Below, in pieces: positions 14,296-27,523 of a stretch of 64,000 nucleotides of DNA (its first letter is position 1; each line of letters begins with the position of its first letter). The position numbers and the translations under genes were made by a program. The notes below the pieces were generated by a model that saw nothing but the letters and a program-made list of their open reading frames with translations, ran no database searches and was not told where the DNA came from. This DNA is from Paecilomyces variotii (Eukaryota), in the NCBI GenBank assembly GCA_004022145.1, contig RCNU01000001.1; one strand, written 5' to 3'.

Positions 14296-15077
14296 ATGGC
14301 TTCCGAGACGGTACCCAAGGTACCTGTTTACTCACTGAACGGTTCGTGCTTTGCTTACTTTCTGCTTTACCTGGCTTGAGTGTCTTCTATTTATCTTGCC
14401 TCTGCGATCACGGATCCTTTTTGAGTATGTTGAATGTATAGCTAATTTCAAAAGACCTCAAAAACACCACCGATGACGCCCTTGCGCCGTACTTAACAAG
14501 TCTCCCCGAACCCTACACCTTTACTCAAGACCATACGCTTTCGAATGTCCGCTTCGCTCTGGGTTACTCCGCTGTCGCAATCGCAGCTGGCATGTTCTAC
14601 GTAGACAGGAAGCTTGGATGGGAATCTACAAATGCTCCCTGGGTTCTGCCAGCTGTCATCGCGTACTTCGCGTTGAACTCTATATTGACGTACTGGGTGT
14701 GGGGGGTAGAAGCTGGAGAGGTATTTCGTGGGAAGAGGAAGACGGGTGAAAAGGTATACTTCGCTGTTTTTCTGTTATGTTCGCGTTCAATTGGGGACGT
14801 TCGGGTATTGGTGAAGATTGGCCTAGCTAACCTGGAGCTCAAATCACAGATAACCGTCCGTTCCTCAACGAAGAAGCATTCTCCGCTCTACAAGATCAAT
14901 GTCAAGTACACTTCTCCTGAAGGAAAGGTCCTGCAGGAGAAAGATATCGAGACGTCGCTCACCGCCTGGTTCTCATCAGACGGTGTCTTCCATCCGGAGC
15001 CGTTCCGACAGTGGCTTGCGAATGAAATCGACGTCTTGGGACTTGCGTCGAGGGAGGCAGCAAGGAAGGGGCAATAA
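14296..15077 (+). CDS. SPC2: Signal peptidase complex subunit 2 (SPC25 family)
   Basis: MASETVPKVPVYSLNDLKNTTDDALAPYL; two TM segments; KKHSPLYKI...WFSSDG; two introns (second at 14754-14849). Confidence 0.88.
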
Positions 15078-15526
15078 GTTTTCATGGATAGCTAGAATTT
15101 TGATTCCAAAAAAGTTGAAACAAATTACCAAGGAAGAAGCGAATTAGCGAATAAGTATTTGTCATTCAACCGTGTGTTTGTCCAATTGGTTAGATTGAAT
15201 GGTACTTCAGATAATCGAGCAGAACGTTCTCTCGTCATGGAATATTGATTTCTAGAAGGCCAAATTTCTTCCACTACCTAGTTGCAATAAGCTATCACGA
15301 ATATTCTGGATTTGTAACTCTAACGCCATCATCACTGCATATATGTACATAATTTCATCCTCCATTTAGAACACGCATTCATTCCCTATTAGAGGATCAT
15401 GGGATTTTTCACGATTCATGGACGTTTCTGAGATTATCTCAATGTTTTTTAAAGAACCCATTTCCGCAGTGTCTATACTTTTAGCCTTTATGTCCAAATT
15501 CATCATCTTCAACGAGACTAATCTAA

Positions 15527-16827
15527 TTATGAGCTGGCTTCAAGGGTACCGGGCTTCTCCGTTGGGGCGGCGGGCTTCGCATCATCCGCCCTTCGGTTCT
15601 GCACAAGTCTCTACAGAGAGAAGTCAGACACAGCTTCTCACAGGTAATAAAATTAATCCACTTACCAAAAGGTTTCTCATCAGAACGCAAATGGTGACCT
15701 TTCCGATGGAGGGGACAAAGATGGACGCCCTTTCCTTCACTTCGGGTCCAAAGTTCTGTTCGAGGACGTCAGTAATGTTTTCTCTTGGGGACTGGTCAAG
15801 GGGCCCTGTCTCCCTTACCTTCTCACTGGAGAAGTTCACACAAACAGCACCCTCCTTCAGGAGCTTCGTGTCGAACTTGAATTTGTCCCCAGGAACACCA
15901 GTGATGACAACATCACACAGGGGAGCACAGTCGGCTAGAGTCCAGCCCTCCTTGTCCACGACTTCGTGTCTTCGCTTCTTAATACCCTCGCCACGAGTGA
16001 ACTCCTGGACACCCGTAATGTCGACGCTGTATACGTGAGCACCGTCGTTGGCCAATAGCGCCGCAAGCGGTCTGCCAACAACCTCCGAACGGTTTACGAC
16101 ACAGATTGTCTTTCCGAACAACCGGTTACCATAAGGCAAGATTGTGTTGTAGATGTGGAGGTATTCGAGAATCTTGATCACGGCCAGCGGAGTGCAGGGC
16201 AGAATCGACTTCTGGCGCTTAGTTTCCGGGTCCAAGAAACGGATGTTTTGGTACATGTTGAAGATGTAGCGGTGACTGAGACCCTCAACATCCTTCGACA
16301 CATCGACGATCTGCTGGAGGTACTGGTCTTGTCTGTTGTTGAAGATCGGGTAGTACACGATAATTCCGTCGACTTCGTTGTCGGTGTTGGCAGCCAGGAT
16401 TGCCTCTTCAATAGTTTCCTTTGAGACTTCGCGGAGGGTATAACGGAATCCACTACAGACGGGCCATGTGGTTAGCTGACCGGTCTGTTTCTACTCTTGA
16501 GTTGCGATGTCAAGAGGGCTGAAGAATGTAGTTATTGCACTCAAGCACCATCCCGCGAGAGACGACGAAGGCTCCCAATGCATAGAAATTCAAGGCAGGA
16601 TATACTAAGAAATCGCAGGAAATTACTCACTTTTCCGAGCAAGTCTTCGCCGTCCAATCCGCATACATGCGCGCGGCAGGGTCATTGTTGGCCAGGAAGC
16701 CGACAAGATGAGGGCCCTTCTCCAAGGCCTTCAAGCCCTCATGGACCTCTTGAAGCAAACCGTTGGCCACATTCTTGGCCAGCACGACCTTACAGGCCGC
16801 TGGAGCTGCTTCTGTGCTCGCCGCCAT
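15527..16827 (-). CDS. MTD1: NAD-dependent methylenetetrahydrofolate dehydrogenase
   Basis: KDVEGLSH, SILPCTPLAVIKILEYL, VVNRSEVVGRPLAALLANDGA, VPSIGKVTI; three introns; last exon RLVQNRRADD...SS*. Confidence 0.92.
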
Positions 16828-17290
16828 TGATGCGCCAGCTGAATTTATATATGGAGCAAGAGGGGAGGAATCCGGTAGTCAGTTTCGCGATCGCAATGGC
16901 GGGATGTGGAGGGGTCCGAACAAATTTTTGATACGGGCAAGTCCACTCGCTTATCGATAACGTAGGCACTGCCGCAATTTGTATGTACCTCACATCTACC
17001 TTTCCATATGTACCAGTGCGAATGCATACTTCATTTTGTATTGTACTCTTGGAATAATGAGCTTATTCAAGTGTCTAATTGGTCGTACTTGACTCTGTAG
17101 CTCTCATGAGTAAAGGACGTACAGCAGTCCGCAGTCCCTCGCTGCAAGTTATGCCTTTCGCGCGAGGCTATATATACCATTAAGCATGGACTAATCCAAC
17201 CCGCAGTGAGATTTGAAATTCAGTCACATCTTAGCCTAGACAATACTACCTAGTTTATTTCCATAGAGCATATCTAGCTTCTCGGCTGAC

Positions 17291-17527
17291 TGTGGCATAC
17301 CTCGTTGAGCTGGCAGAGCTAGAGCTGGAGATGACGGACAGACCAAATAGACAAGGGCATAGCAAGCGGGGCAGGTCAAACCAGTAGATTTAGTATAGCC
17401 AGACTGGTAGGGTATATAAACCAGGATAGAGATATCTCACTCTTGACGATTTTATTCAATTATCACTTACTGGCTAGTTAAAAATAACTATATACTGCAC
17501 TTACGTAAATACTCAGCATCTACCACA
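17291..17527. mobile_element. Possible degenerate solo LTR
   Basis: 237 bp bounded by TGTGGCA...TACCACA (6/7 inverted match), internal TATATAAA, short AGAGCT repeats, TpA-rich. No matching target-site duplication. Confidence 0.3.
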
Positions 17528-17764
17528 CCGCATTATCGTCCCATGTCCGAAATAAGGATAAAATGAGCCCTAATTTAAATATCAACCCTCTACCGAAAAC
17601 TTGAGAATACTCTGTATACAAAATTTGAACCTTTTTGGCAGATATACCGCTCATTTTTACTTCACATATTGGTCCTAGCGCCTGCCATACTGAAAACAGC
17701 CAGGCATCAGAGCATCTCACTTAAGAGTATCTACTGAGCTACTCCGTACTAGTTTCGCCTTACG

Positions 17765-17790
17765 CCCCCCCCCCCCCCCCCCCCCCCCCC
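17765..17790. repeat. Poly-C homopolymer (C26)
   Basis: Directly visible run of 26 C. Confidence 0.95.
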
Positions 17791-18412
17791 AGACCAGTCT
17801 TAACCTGTTATTATTCGTGTGGGGGCAGTGGGGATAACTAATATTTGTCTGCTTTGTTTATGAAGTACCGGTCCTATAGCTGCGACATCTGTAATACGTT
17901 GACTGAGAAGGATGATAGAATCGCCATTTACGGATATGAGTTTTGCGCGTACATGGACTTAATCCAGGTTACATCTACACGGGGAAGCATCACGAATGTT
18001 TGGTTTGGAAATAGGTCATTGGAAACATAAGAAATTACATGTTAAGTCCCAGCTGCCATGACGGCTGATTGAAGTATAGTGAAAAATGATTTGGAATGCA
18101 ACCCTTTCATCCAGAGTTCCGAATCTTCCCCCGTCCATCACCGACCAGCCCTCTTGCATGCGGTTGGATCTAGATGTACAGGATATAACTTTTTCGTAAA
18201 CCAATAACCCTTACGCTCGAGAGCGGAAGAGCCCCGAACTTTGGACAAAAAGACTACAGGGGTCGAGCTGAGACCAGCATTCTGACCTTGAGAGCTTTAA
18301 CAACAAAGGAAAATACTGGTCTCAAATTGTACACAAGCTATCTTGTCTATACACATAGCGTCAGGAAAAAACAGTACATGGTGGACTAATCACCCGATTG
18401 TCTTTTGCTCAC

Positions 18413-20645
18413 CTATGCGCTGAAGCTCTTGTTGAAGGCGTTGAGGACATCACGGAGCTTGGCCTCAAGCTCCTTGCTGACCTGACCCTCCTTCTCGATG
18501 GTGGACAGGATCTCGGGCTCGCTGCTCTTGAGGTGAGCAAGGAGGTCAGCCTCCCAGGTGAGGATCTTGGCGACGGGGATGTTGTCAAGGAAACCGTTGA
18601 CACCAGCGAAGATGAGAGGAACCATCTCGCTGACACTCATGGGGCTGTACTGCTTCTGCTTCAGAAGCTCAGTCAGACGCTCACCACGGTTGAGGGTCTG
18701 CTTGGTGGAGGCATCGAGATCGGAACCGAACTGGGCGAAGGCAGCAACCTCACGGTACTGAGCCAAGAACAGCTTCAGGGAACCGGCAACCTGCTTCATG
18801 GCCTTGACCTGGGCAGCGGAACCGACACGAGAGACGGAAAGACCGACGTTGATAGCGGGACGGACACCCTTGTAGAAGAGCTCAGACTCCAAGAAGATCT
18901 GACCGTCGGTAATGGAGATGACGTTGGTGGGGATATAGGCAGAGACATCACCACCCTGGGTCTCAATGATGGGCAGAGCGGTGAGGGAGCCACCACCGTG
19001 CTTTTCGTTCAGCTTGGCAGCACGCTCAAGGAGACGAGAGTGGAGGTAGAAGACACTGCGATCATTAGCAAGAGAAAAGAGACTGCGGTCAGGAAAATAT
19101 ATTTAAAATGCAACTCACTCTCCGGGGTAGGCCTCACGACCGGGGGGACGACGAAGCAGCAGAGACATCTGACGGTAGGCGACGGCCTGCTTGGACAGGT
19201 CATCATAGACGATGACGGCGTGCTTGCCAGAATCACGGAAGTACTCCCCCATTGCCTAAGTGATAGGTTAGTTACCAAGAAGTGGATGAGAAACGATCTG
19301 TTGTCCGAGAGGAATTGTGAAGGGTCGAGGAGAGACATACTGTTCCTGTGAAGGGAGCAATGTACTGCAGGGGAGCAGCCTCGGAAGCAGTGGCAGCAAC
19401 GACGATGGAGTACTTCATAGCGTCGTTCTCCTCAAGGGTCTTGACGAGCTGGGCGACGGTGGAACGCTTCTGACCGACGGCAACGTAGACACAGAAGAGC
19501 TTCTGGCTGTCATCGGCGGTGCTGTTCCAACGCTTCTGGTTAAGGATGGCGTCAAGGGCGACGGCAGTCTTTCCAGTCTGACGGTCACCGATGATCAGCT
19601 CACGCTGACCACGGCCGATGGGAACCATGGAGTCGACAGACTTGAGACCGGTCTGGACGGGCTGGTTGACGGAACGACGGGGCAGGATACCAGGAGCCTT
19701 GAGCTGAGCACGGCGCTTCTGAGTGGTGTTGAGGGGACCCTTGCCATCGATGGGGTTACCAAGAGCGTCAACGACACGGCCCAGAAGCTCAGGACCGACG
19801 GGAACATCGACCTAGTCGCGAAATTAGTCCAAAAACCGACGAAATGACAAGGCAACTTAAGACATACGATCTCTCCAGTACGCTTGACAGTCTCACCCTC
19901 CCTGACGAGACGGTCAGAACCGAAAAGCACGACACCGACCTGGCCGGCTTCCAAGTTCATGCACATGCCCTTGACGCCGGAGGCGAACCTAGAGCTCGTT
20001 AGTAGCTGCTTTTTTTCACACGTTATATATGAAGATATCAAGGTGGAACCTACTCGACCAGCTCCTCAGCCTGGACATTGGTCATACCGTGAACACGGGC
20101 GATACCATCTCTGTTCACCAATATATTAGTTGAACCATCTCAGTAGACATTAAATTCGCGTTTTAAGCGGGAATTGACCAAGAGATGCTCTTTGCCAATG
20201 TTTGCCGGGGAAGCGGAACGGTCATACCCGACGGAAAGGACACGTCCAGTCTCAGCGAGACCAGACTCCTCCTGAACACCACGGATTCTCTGCTCAAGGA
20301 TGGAGGAAACCTCAGTGGGGGAGGCCTTGGCCTCAGCGGCGTAGGAACGGATCTGCTTGGAGGCACCAGCCAGGGGACCGGGGGTAGCCGCGCGGACCTA
20401 TTTGCGACGGAAAATTTGTTAACGACTGCACATTCGACTCAAGACGCGTGAAACTGATCGCAATGGCCATTGAGGGGTCCGGAGATGCCCAGAGACCATC
20501 CATTGAAAGGCCTTTCGGGATGTTGTCGTCGCTGGATGGGTTGATGGGACCGGGCTGGATGGGATGGGCTCACCGAAGCGATCCTGCCAGTGGCAGAGAC
20601 GGCGGTCACAGTGCGGCCAGACTGCCGCAGAGCGTTCCTGAACAT
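18413..20645 (-). CDS. ATP1: Mitochondrial F1 ATP synthase alpha subunit
   Basis: Presequence [32 protein letters not shown] (P-loop); [18 protein letters not shown]; multiple introns; strong codon bias. Confidence 0.98.
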
Positions 20646-21613
20646 TGTGAAGGAGGTTCAGAGGGAGTAGAGAGGGTTTCTCTGAAGGAGAGATGCAATT
20701 GGGGAGGAGGGTGGTTGGAGGGAAAGGATTGTGGATGGATGGAAGGAGAGCTTTGTCGTCGGGGGAGGAGGTTTCTCAGGTCGAGGCTAAGCCTAGTTTG
20801 CCGAGAGCCCCAGCAACTCCGAATCGGCCCTTAGTGCGTCCGTTGCAGCCGTGTCCACCCAGTGCCCGGATGGACGGGGAAAAAAGGGTGTCTACCAGCG
20901 ACTCTGGCTGTAACAGATGCAATTACTTCTCTGCAAGTTGATCCACGATTTACTACCCGCTCAATTCGCTTTCTATCGAGGTCAAGAGGCGTTGTCCTGG
21001 TCCTCTCTGCCTTCGGTTGAGTACACCTGTCCATCCCGTCCTGCTTTCTCGGATCTGCGGCTGCTAGCTCGCTCAGGTGACTTTCGTCACAGCAACCGCA
21101 TAACAGGCTTTGCCTGCCAACGCGCACCGTTTACTCCGTACACGCTGGCACAGCTCGTTGTCGACCTCGCCAGTTGCGCTGGTAACTACGCCGGAGGAAG
21201 CCGGCAACTGCTGCACACAATGGTTTCAAATTGTTTGATTTCATTATTCGTAACAGCGTCTTTGCTCACTCGATGATTAGATAGTAGTGTAGCAAGCCGA
21301 AAAAGACTGACCTGCAAAGCGGTAGCTTGCTTAGTCACCCAGTCGGGTCCCAAGTTCCTCGTCGACACCCGCGGCTGGGAATGAAGGAGCGAAACGTCGC
21401 ATGGAAACCCAACGCCGAACGATCGTTATTGCTAAAGAGCGGAGAGAACAGTTTTTACCATGCGTCGACTCCCATGCTCAATGATGTGCCAATGCTACAA
21501 AGCGGCATAAAATCAGATTTTGCTGCGCGTGAGACCTGGTCTTCCTCGTGATACAGATCGGACACACCATGATACGTCTTTGACGATTCCTGCGAAAACA
21601 GCGGCTGGTATAT

Positions 21614-22369
21614 TTATTTTGCGTTCGCCGCTTTCGCAGAACCATTCTGCTGTTTAAAACGAGCAATCTCCTTTTCCACAGCCGTGTCGAGCCTCGACTT
21701 CAGCTCCGGACGGTATCCTAGGGCAAACAAGATCTCCATCCAGACAAAGAGCGGAGCGAGCAGGAAGGCTTGGATCAAATTGTCCAGCAGGGCGGGTGCC
21801 CTCTTTTCAAAAACGCCGTGGCCGATGAACTGGACCAGCCATGACACGACGTGAACAGCGGCTGCCCAATAAGTTGCAGTCATACCATAAGTCATGGTCA
21901 GGTAGTTCACAAATGCCGTTGTCCCGATGATCCCCGGCGCGATGAGAGCTCCGGCCACAGGTTCCAATAAGATATATATGAACGAGTAGACGAAACCACC
22001 GATCGTTCCGAGATTGGGAGGGAGATACTTGTACTGCAGCGCATTAGGAAGGGTAAACAAGGTAGGTGTGTTCGTAGCCTGGTTCGTCTCGTCAGCCGGA
22101 ATCCGCGGATCGTTGGAAAGAAGACAGGAATACCAGAAGGAAGCCTGTCGCTAGGAGAATGGGGACGAATGTCATATGAATCCCGACATTGACCTGTTGT
22201 TGGATGAGCGAATGGTTGACAGCATAATTCGGGATCCGTTGGTCATCTTACTGGATTGTGATGGTAGGCACCATACTGGGAGGTTTTGATGTCAGCCTTT
22301 TCATCGTAGAACGATAGCGGATCTTGGCGGACTTACAAAAAGAAGTTGTTTCTCCAAGTTTAGAGGCAT
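21614..22369 (-). CDS. MPO1: DUF962/Mpo1 ER 2-hydroxy fatty acid dioxygenase
   Basis: Spliced MPLNLEKQLLF-YGAYHHNP-VNVGIH; QFIGHGVFEKRAPALLDNL. Confidence 0.88.
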
Positions 22370-23107
22370 GGTGTTGGATTGTTTTGTATGCAACTATTAG
22401 AGACCACTAAGTCTATCTTGAAGCCAAGATAAGACAAGATAGTATATTCGGATGCGTCTGATAAAGTTATTCCAGAAAGCAGACACGCGAGATGGAGGTG
22501 GAGAAATAGGTCTGGCACAGGGAGAAGACTAGCGATCAACGTAATTGTTTGGGGTTAATCATGTCACCATGTGAATAGATGGGGAACATGGGCGAGCCGA
22601 GGGTTGGCTTTCCTACTTCGTTGCACGTCATGTGATGTCGCGAGCTCGGTACTCTGGCAGATCGCCATACTGCAGTCAGTAGTACTGGAACGTTCGGTGC
22701 GGCCAACGACAGCGCAATCGTCACCTTTCGTTACGAGACTCGAAGGCCAGCAACTGGCTCTTCGACTTCTTTCTGGCCGTTCCTTTTTTGGGGGAACTCC
22801 TGTTCGTCCTGAGCTCGATATCGCAAACATTATTGCGGGCCCTGGCAGTTATGGCAAGCTGATCGGACAATTTCGTACGCAGATATCCACACCGTACACC
22901 TTCGTTCGCGACGCGCGCAATAGTCCTGTTTCTTTCATACCGCCGCATATCATACTTTCAGACCACATCGTCACTCGAGACGCCGCCTCCCTAGGAAAGG
23001 GCTTGCGAGCTGGGCGTCTATCCGTCATCTCCGGACGCATCTGCAATATACCCCTCCTTTTTTGAGCCGCGATCTTTTGGAGTTACCTTCGTTTAAACCG
23101 CGTCAAT

Positions 23108-23803
23108 ATGTTTTTCCTCAAAGAAGAGACGAAGGTCGTCTCCCTTCATCCGTCCTATTTCGGTCCCAACGTCAAGGAGTACCTCATCAACCGGTTGAAC
23201 GAAGAGGAGGAGGGGCGATGTACAGGCGACCATTTCGTGATCTGTGTTATGGATATGGTTGAAATTGGGGAAGGGCGGGTGATTCCAGGCAGTGGACATG
23301 CAGAATATACGATCCAGTATCGAGCAATTATATGGAAGCCCTTCCGAGGAGAGACGGTGTGTTCCCAGATTTATTCTTGATTTTTTCTGGGCCTTTACAC
23401 TGACGAGGAGCGTTTAGGTGGATGCTATTGTGACATCCGTCAAACCTACTGGCATCTTTACTCTGGCTGGCCCGTTGTCTGTCTTCATTGCGCGGAAGGT
23501 AGGTGCTTTGATCTTCAGCCAGGAAAAGATCTTCGCCGCTCACAACTGATCAGAACATCCCCTCGGACATCAAATGGGAGCCGAACACGGTCCCTCCGCA
23601 ATATACAGATCACGGCGATCAAGTCATCGAGAAGGGCACTAGTCTGCGTCTGAAGATTCTTGGTGTAAAGCCTGATGTGGCTGCTATCAATGCGATCGGG
23701 ACAATCAAAGAAGATTACTTAGGGTGAGTCCTTTGTCCATCATTGACGGATGGCTGTCATGACGTGCCACTAATCCAATTCATGCTCGAATAGAACACTA
23801 TAA
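23108..23803 (+). CDS. RPB7: RNA polymerase II subunit RPB7
   Basis: MFFLKEETKVVSLHPSYFGP...KPFRGETVDAIV...AIGTIKEDYLGTL*; three introns. Confidence 0.95.
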
Positions 23804-24767
23804 GCGCAAGTATTATGAGCTGGATTTGATTCAGCGCCGGAAAAGTAGAGGGTCCTCTGGACGATCCCCGCCCTTCCCACGAAATCCCGCACCCAGAGGG
23901 CGCCCAGGCGCGTCGCCATAAGTTGGGAGCAGAGGAGAGACCTTGGAGACAGCGTGGATAGCGAGTGTCATGGAGCGGGGAAATTAGGATGTGCTTGGCC
24001 TGGAATCGAGGTTGGAATCGCAGCGTCTCAGCTGTTGTACGCCTGGCGCTTGTAGCGTCAGCAACCTAGGCCACCCGGCGCTCAGGTGCTGAGCAAACTT
24101 CGCCTACCGAGTCCTATCTATGTCGGATGGTCACATACTTTGTATGTATGCGGATAGCCTTGACGACGTTTGTTTGTTTACAGGCATCAATTAGATCTAG
24201 AGAAACAACTGATCAACCTGCTCATCTCGGAGCAAGCACCCTTTTGAACATGCTGCTTGATGCACCGCGATAGCCCTGGACAGTAGTAATTACTACAGTA
24301 ACCACCATAGGTTGTGTCGCGCCAGCGATAAGCGCAGACGTGAAACACTGGCGTGTCTGGCAATAGCCGTGCGCCTGTCAGAGACGGGATGGCGCCTGTG
24401 CTAGAAAGTGTCGCAGCCGAAGAAGGGACGGCTGAGATTGCCGTGACAAGACATGCCAGGGGCTCGATCGGATGGGACGCGCCCTCAAAAGATGCTGGAT
24501 GCGACCCTGTGGTTGTTTTCCTCTGTGAGACTCTGCATCTGACCCAAAACAAAGAGCCATCCCGTCTGGCAGTAATAACAAGCATACTCGCCAACACATT
24601 ATTATAGCCCGCGTTCCTCGTCCTTCCACGCGCCTCCCCGTTCTCTCGTCCCCACGCGATTTGTTTCACTTTGCCCCCGCGGCCCGCGCTTGGAGAGGAG
24701 ATAGGTCACAACAAAGCGCATCTGGCCTGGAATCTCCATCGCAGACACCGTCCTCTTCGTGCGCAAG

Positions 24768-26481
24768 ATGTCGCTCAAGTCTGTCTATGAACGATTCCTC
24801 GCGGATCCGGCCTCCGCGCCACTAGCTTCCGATGTCTCGCTGATCTATATCACCACCACAACGACCGTGAATGAGGCTGGCGCAGTGCTCAAGCACCTGT
24901 CCAGCCAGCAGAGAATTGTCAAGAAGAAGGCGGAGAAGATCATTGGAGTCGTCGAGGCACCGGACTCTCTGTGCTTGGATGTCGAAACCACGTTGGAGTT
25001 CGTTGATGGAGGCGGGGCTTATCTCCCCTCACTAGACGATAATTTCCTAGTCGACCATGTCGCGACTTTCCCAACCGTAAGCGCGCGCGTCTCTGACAGA
25101 GGAATCATCAGAGACTTGCTAACCGGACGTGTACCAGGTTCATATCGTTCGATTCAACGCCCAGAAGGAGATTCAGCAGATCAGACTTTACTGGGACCAA
25201 GGATCGTTGTTGAAGCAGGTTGAGGTCATTGGCGCACGTTCGCGCAGTTGGCCCATTCGCGATGCAAAGGACCAGCTCCGTCTGATCACTTCTGCAACCG
25301 CTGGGGAGCCTAGTGGTCTAGTGACACCACCAAACGGCTCTGAGAAGACAGCTGCGCCGAAAGAAGAGCAGGACCGTGACACCACGATTTCTCCCAGCAG
25401 GAAGCGCATTAAGGACCCTTACGCCGCTGAATCACTCTTTGAACTTCTGTCCCCTGGACAGGACCGAGTGCAGCCGGTTGTTGCTCCACGTGCACCTGCA
25501 ACTGCAAAGCCTCCTCCGCGCGACTACAGTGAACTTTTCGTTGGAGAGGATGACGATGCTGTGCCAGCACATTCCTCGACTAACCGCCCGATCGCTCCCA
25601 AGATAGGGTCTTCGAAGCACTATAAGGCTTCCCCTCTGTTCCTGGAGGAGGAGGATCAATCCGTTACCCAGGAAGAACAGAAACTGACCAAGCCAATTGC
25701 ACCCAAAGCCGGCGCCAGCAAGAACTTTAAGCCTTCTCGTCTGTTCATTGGTGAGGAGGAGGAGCCCGTGGAAGACAAACAGCCGGCGTACAAGACTCAC
25801 CCGAAGAAGTTCAGTCACTTCGAGCTGGGTGACGGCGATGGCGAAGTTGAGCAGCAGAGCAAGCCCATTCCCTCACGCCCGAAGTCGCAGCATGTTGCGC
25901 AGTGGGGTTTTGAGGATTTCGTGACGCCTGAGAAGCCGAAGCCCAAGATCCGACCCTCTGACACTCGTCATTTCGCATGGAGCGATGATGAGGCTGAAGA
26001 CACTCCCCCGGCCAGGGTACATGTGGCCCATCCACGACGTGATGCGGAGACACACTTCAAACTTCAACACGACGACAGTCCTGATGAAGAACACGTCCAA
26101 CCTGAGAAGGCTTTAGGTGCCCATAACAAGGGCATGGGTCTTTACGAGAACAACTTGTATGACGAGGAAGGCAGTCCTACACGCCACCAACTGGAGCAGA
26201 AGGCACCGCTTGCTATCATCCCGAACGGCACCCATCGCAAGAAGGACTTTGACAGCCACTGGTCGGTCACGGATGCCAACCCTGCTGAAGACGAGCCGGT
26301 CGGCCATGAAAACAAGAAGCCTATTAGTCACGACAAGTTGAAGCACATCAAGCACATGGAAGCTTCCTGGGCTGCATATGACGTGTCTCCCGAGCAAAAA
26401 GCTGGAGCGAAGCCGAAGCGTACGAGTCGTAACATTGCCCAGCCAAGTTGGATGCTTGGTGATGAGGACGAGGGCTTTTAG
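24768..26481 (+). CDS. Hypothetical protein with N-terminal NTF2-like domain and repeat-rich disordered tail
   Basis: ATG 24768; intron about 25077-25137 joins GGGAYLPSLDDNFL...FPT to VHIVRF...IQQIRLYWDQGSLLKQV, an NTF2/SnoaL-like strand pattern. Confidence 0.75.
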
Positions 26482-27523
26482 AATTGGGATGGACCCTGAG
26501 GGATGGGGCCTGGCTTGTGAGCCATCCACTGGAGCCTTGCCGTCAGATGAGCCGTACTCGTCTATATGTCCTGCGCGCGACATTTCCTACTGGACTCGTT
26601 TCACTGGCTAACCGCTATTTTCTTTTTCTTTTTCTTTTTTTTCCTGGCCTGTTCGGGCTCAAGCATACCAAAAACCTGCCACAGAGGATATTCGCTTCCA
26701 GTGGTCCGTTCACTCCCTCGTCACAACGTGGCAGTGCAATTGGAGGATGAAGACCTGGTTACGATTACGAATGACAAGACTGACGAGATGATGGCAACAT
26801 CCCAGTTTCCTTAATCCCCCCTGTTTTCCTTTCCTGCTTACCAGTCTGTCACATAGCCTATCATGGCTGTCCCGATTTCGGGTTTCCATTTCCTCTGAGT
26901 GTATTTTACCCCGCCATAACGGCACGATATTCATGTGTTATGTAACTATTTTCCTTTTTTCTTTTTTATGGCCTCCATCCTCTTTATGTGAAACCAAGAA
27001 TGGTAAGGACGGAAGGTCCGTGGTGAAACGAGTCCTGCAGCTTCATTATGTACGTACGTTCAAAGTTACATATTATGTAAAATTGTCTGGATTATTTTTT
27101 CTGGTTGAGAATTCAGTAGTCCAAATCCAAGGGAACTGGAGGTTTCCAGGTAACCAGGTAGCCCGTCTCTGAGTAAACAGGGTGATAATATGGAGTAGAA
27201 GTTTCAATTTGCTAATTTGTTATCTATCCGTAGTGACAGTAATTCCATTATTGACGTCTCCATAAAAAAGGTATGAAAACACATATTGGAAAAACACATA
27301 TTAAAAAAAAGAGGAAGACAGGCTAACCTGGTTCAAAACATCGCATGGATATCCTGACATGAATGCATAGATTTCATCAATGGCCAAGTTGGGTCAAGAT
27401 TCCTTCCTCCAGCGAAGGCTAAGATGCATTTTTAATCCAATTTGTTTAAGTATATGCCTTTTTCTTGCCTTGCTGTGCGTGAGCTTAGATCAAGAGAATT
27501 CTGAATTCAACCTGAATCTCAAA

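Noticed and set aside
15756-15818. Apparent 21-aa insertion in MTD1, and a similar 32-aa one in SPC2 at 14754-14849
   Set aside because: Stop-free introns with lengths divisible by three, canonical GT, branch point and AG; not real insertions.
18398-19351. 317-aa plus-strand ORF, and the 176-aa ORF at 19317-19847
   Set aside because: Antisense shadows of the strongly codon-biased ATP1 gene; no independent coding features.
22571-23065. 164-aa ORF or possible structured RNA upstream of RPB7
   Set aside because: GTG start and no recognisable motif. I looked for RNase P/MRP conserved regions and found no convincing set.
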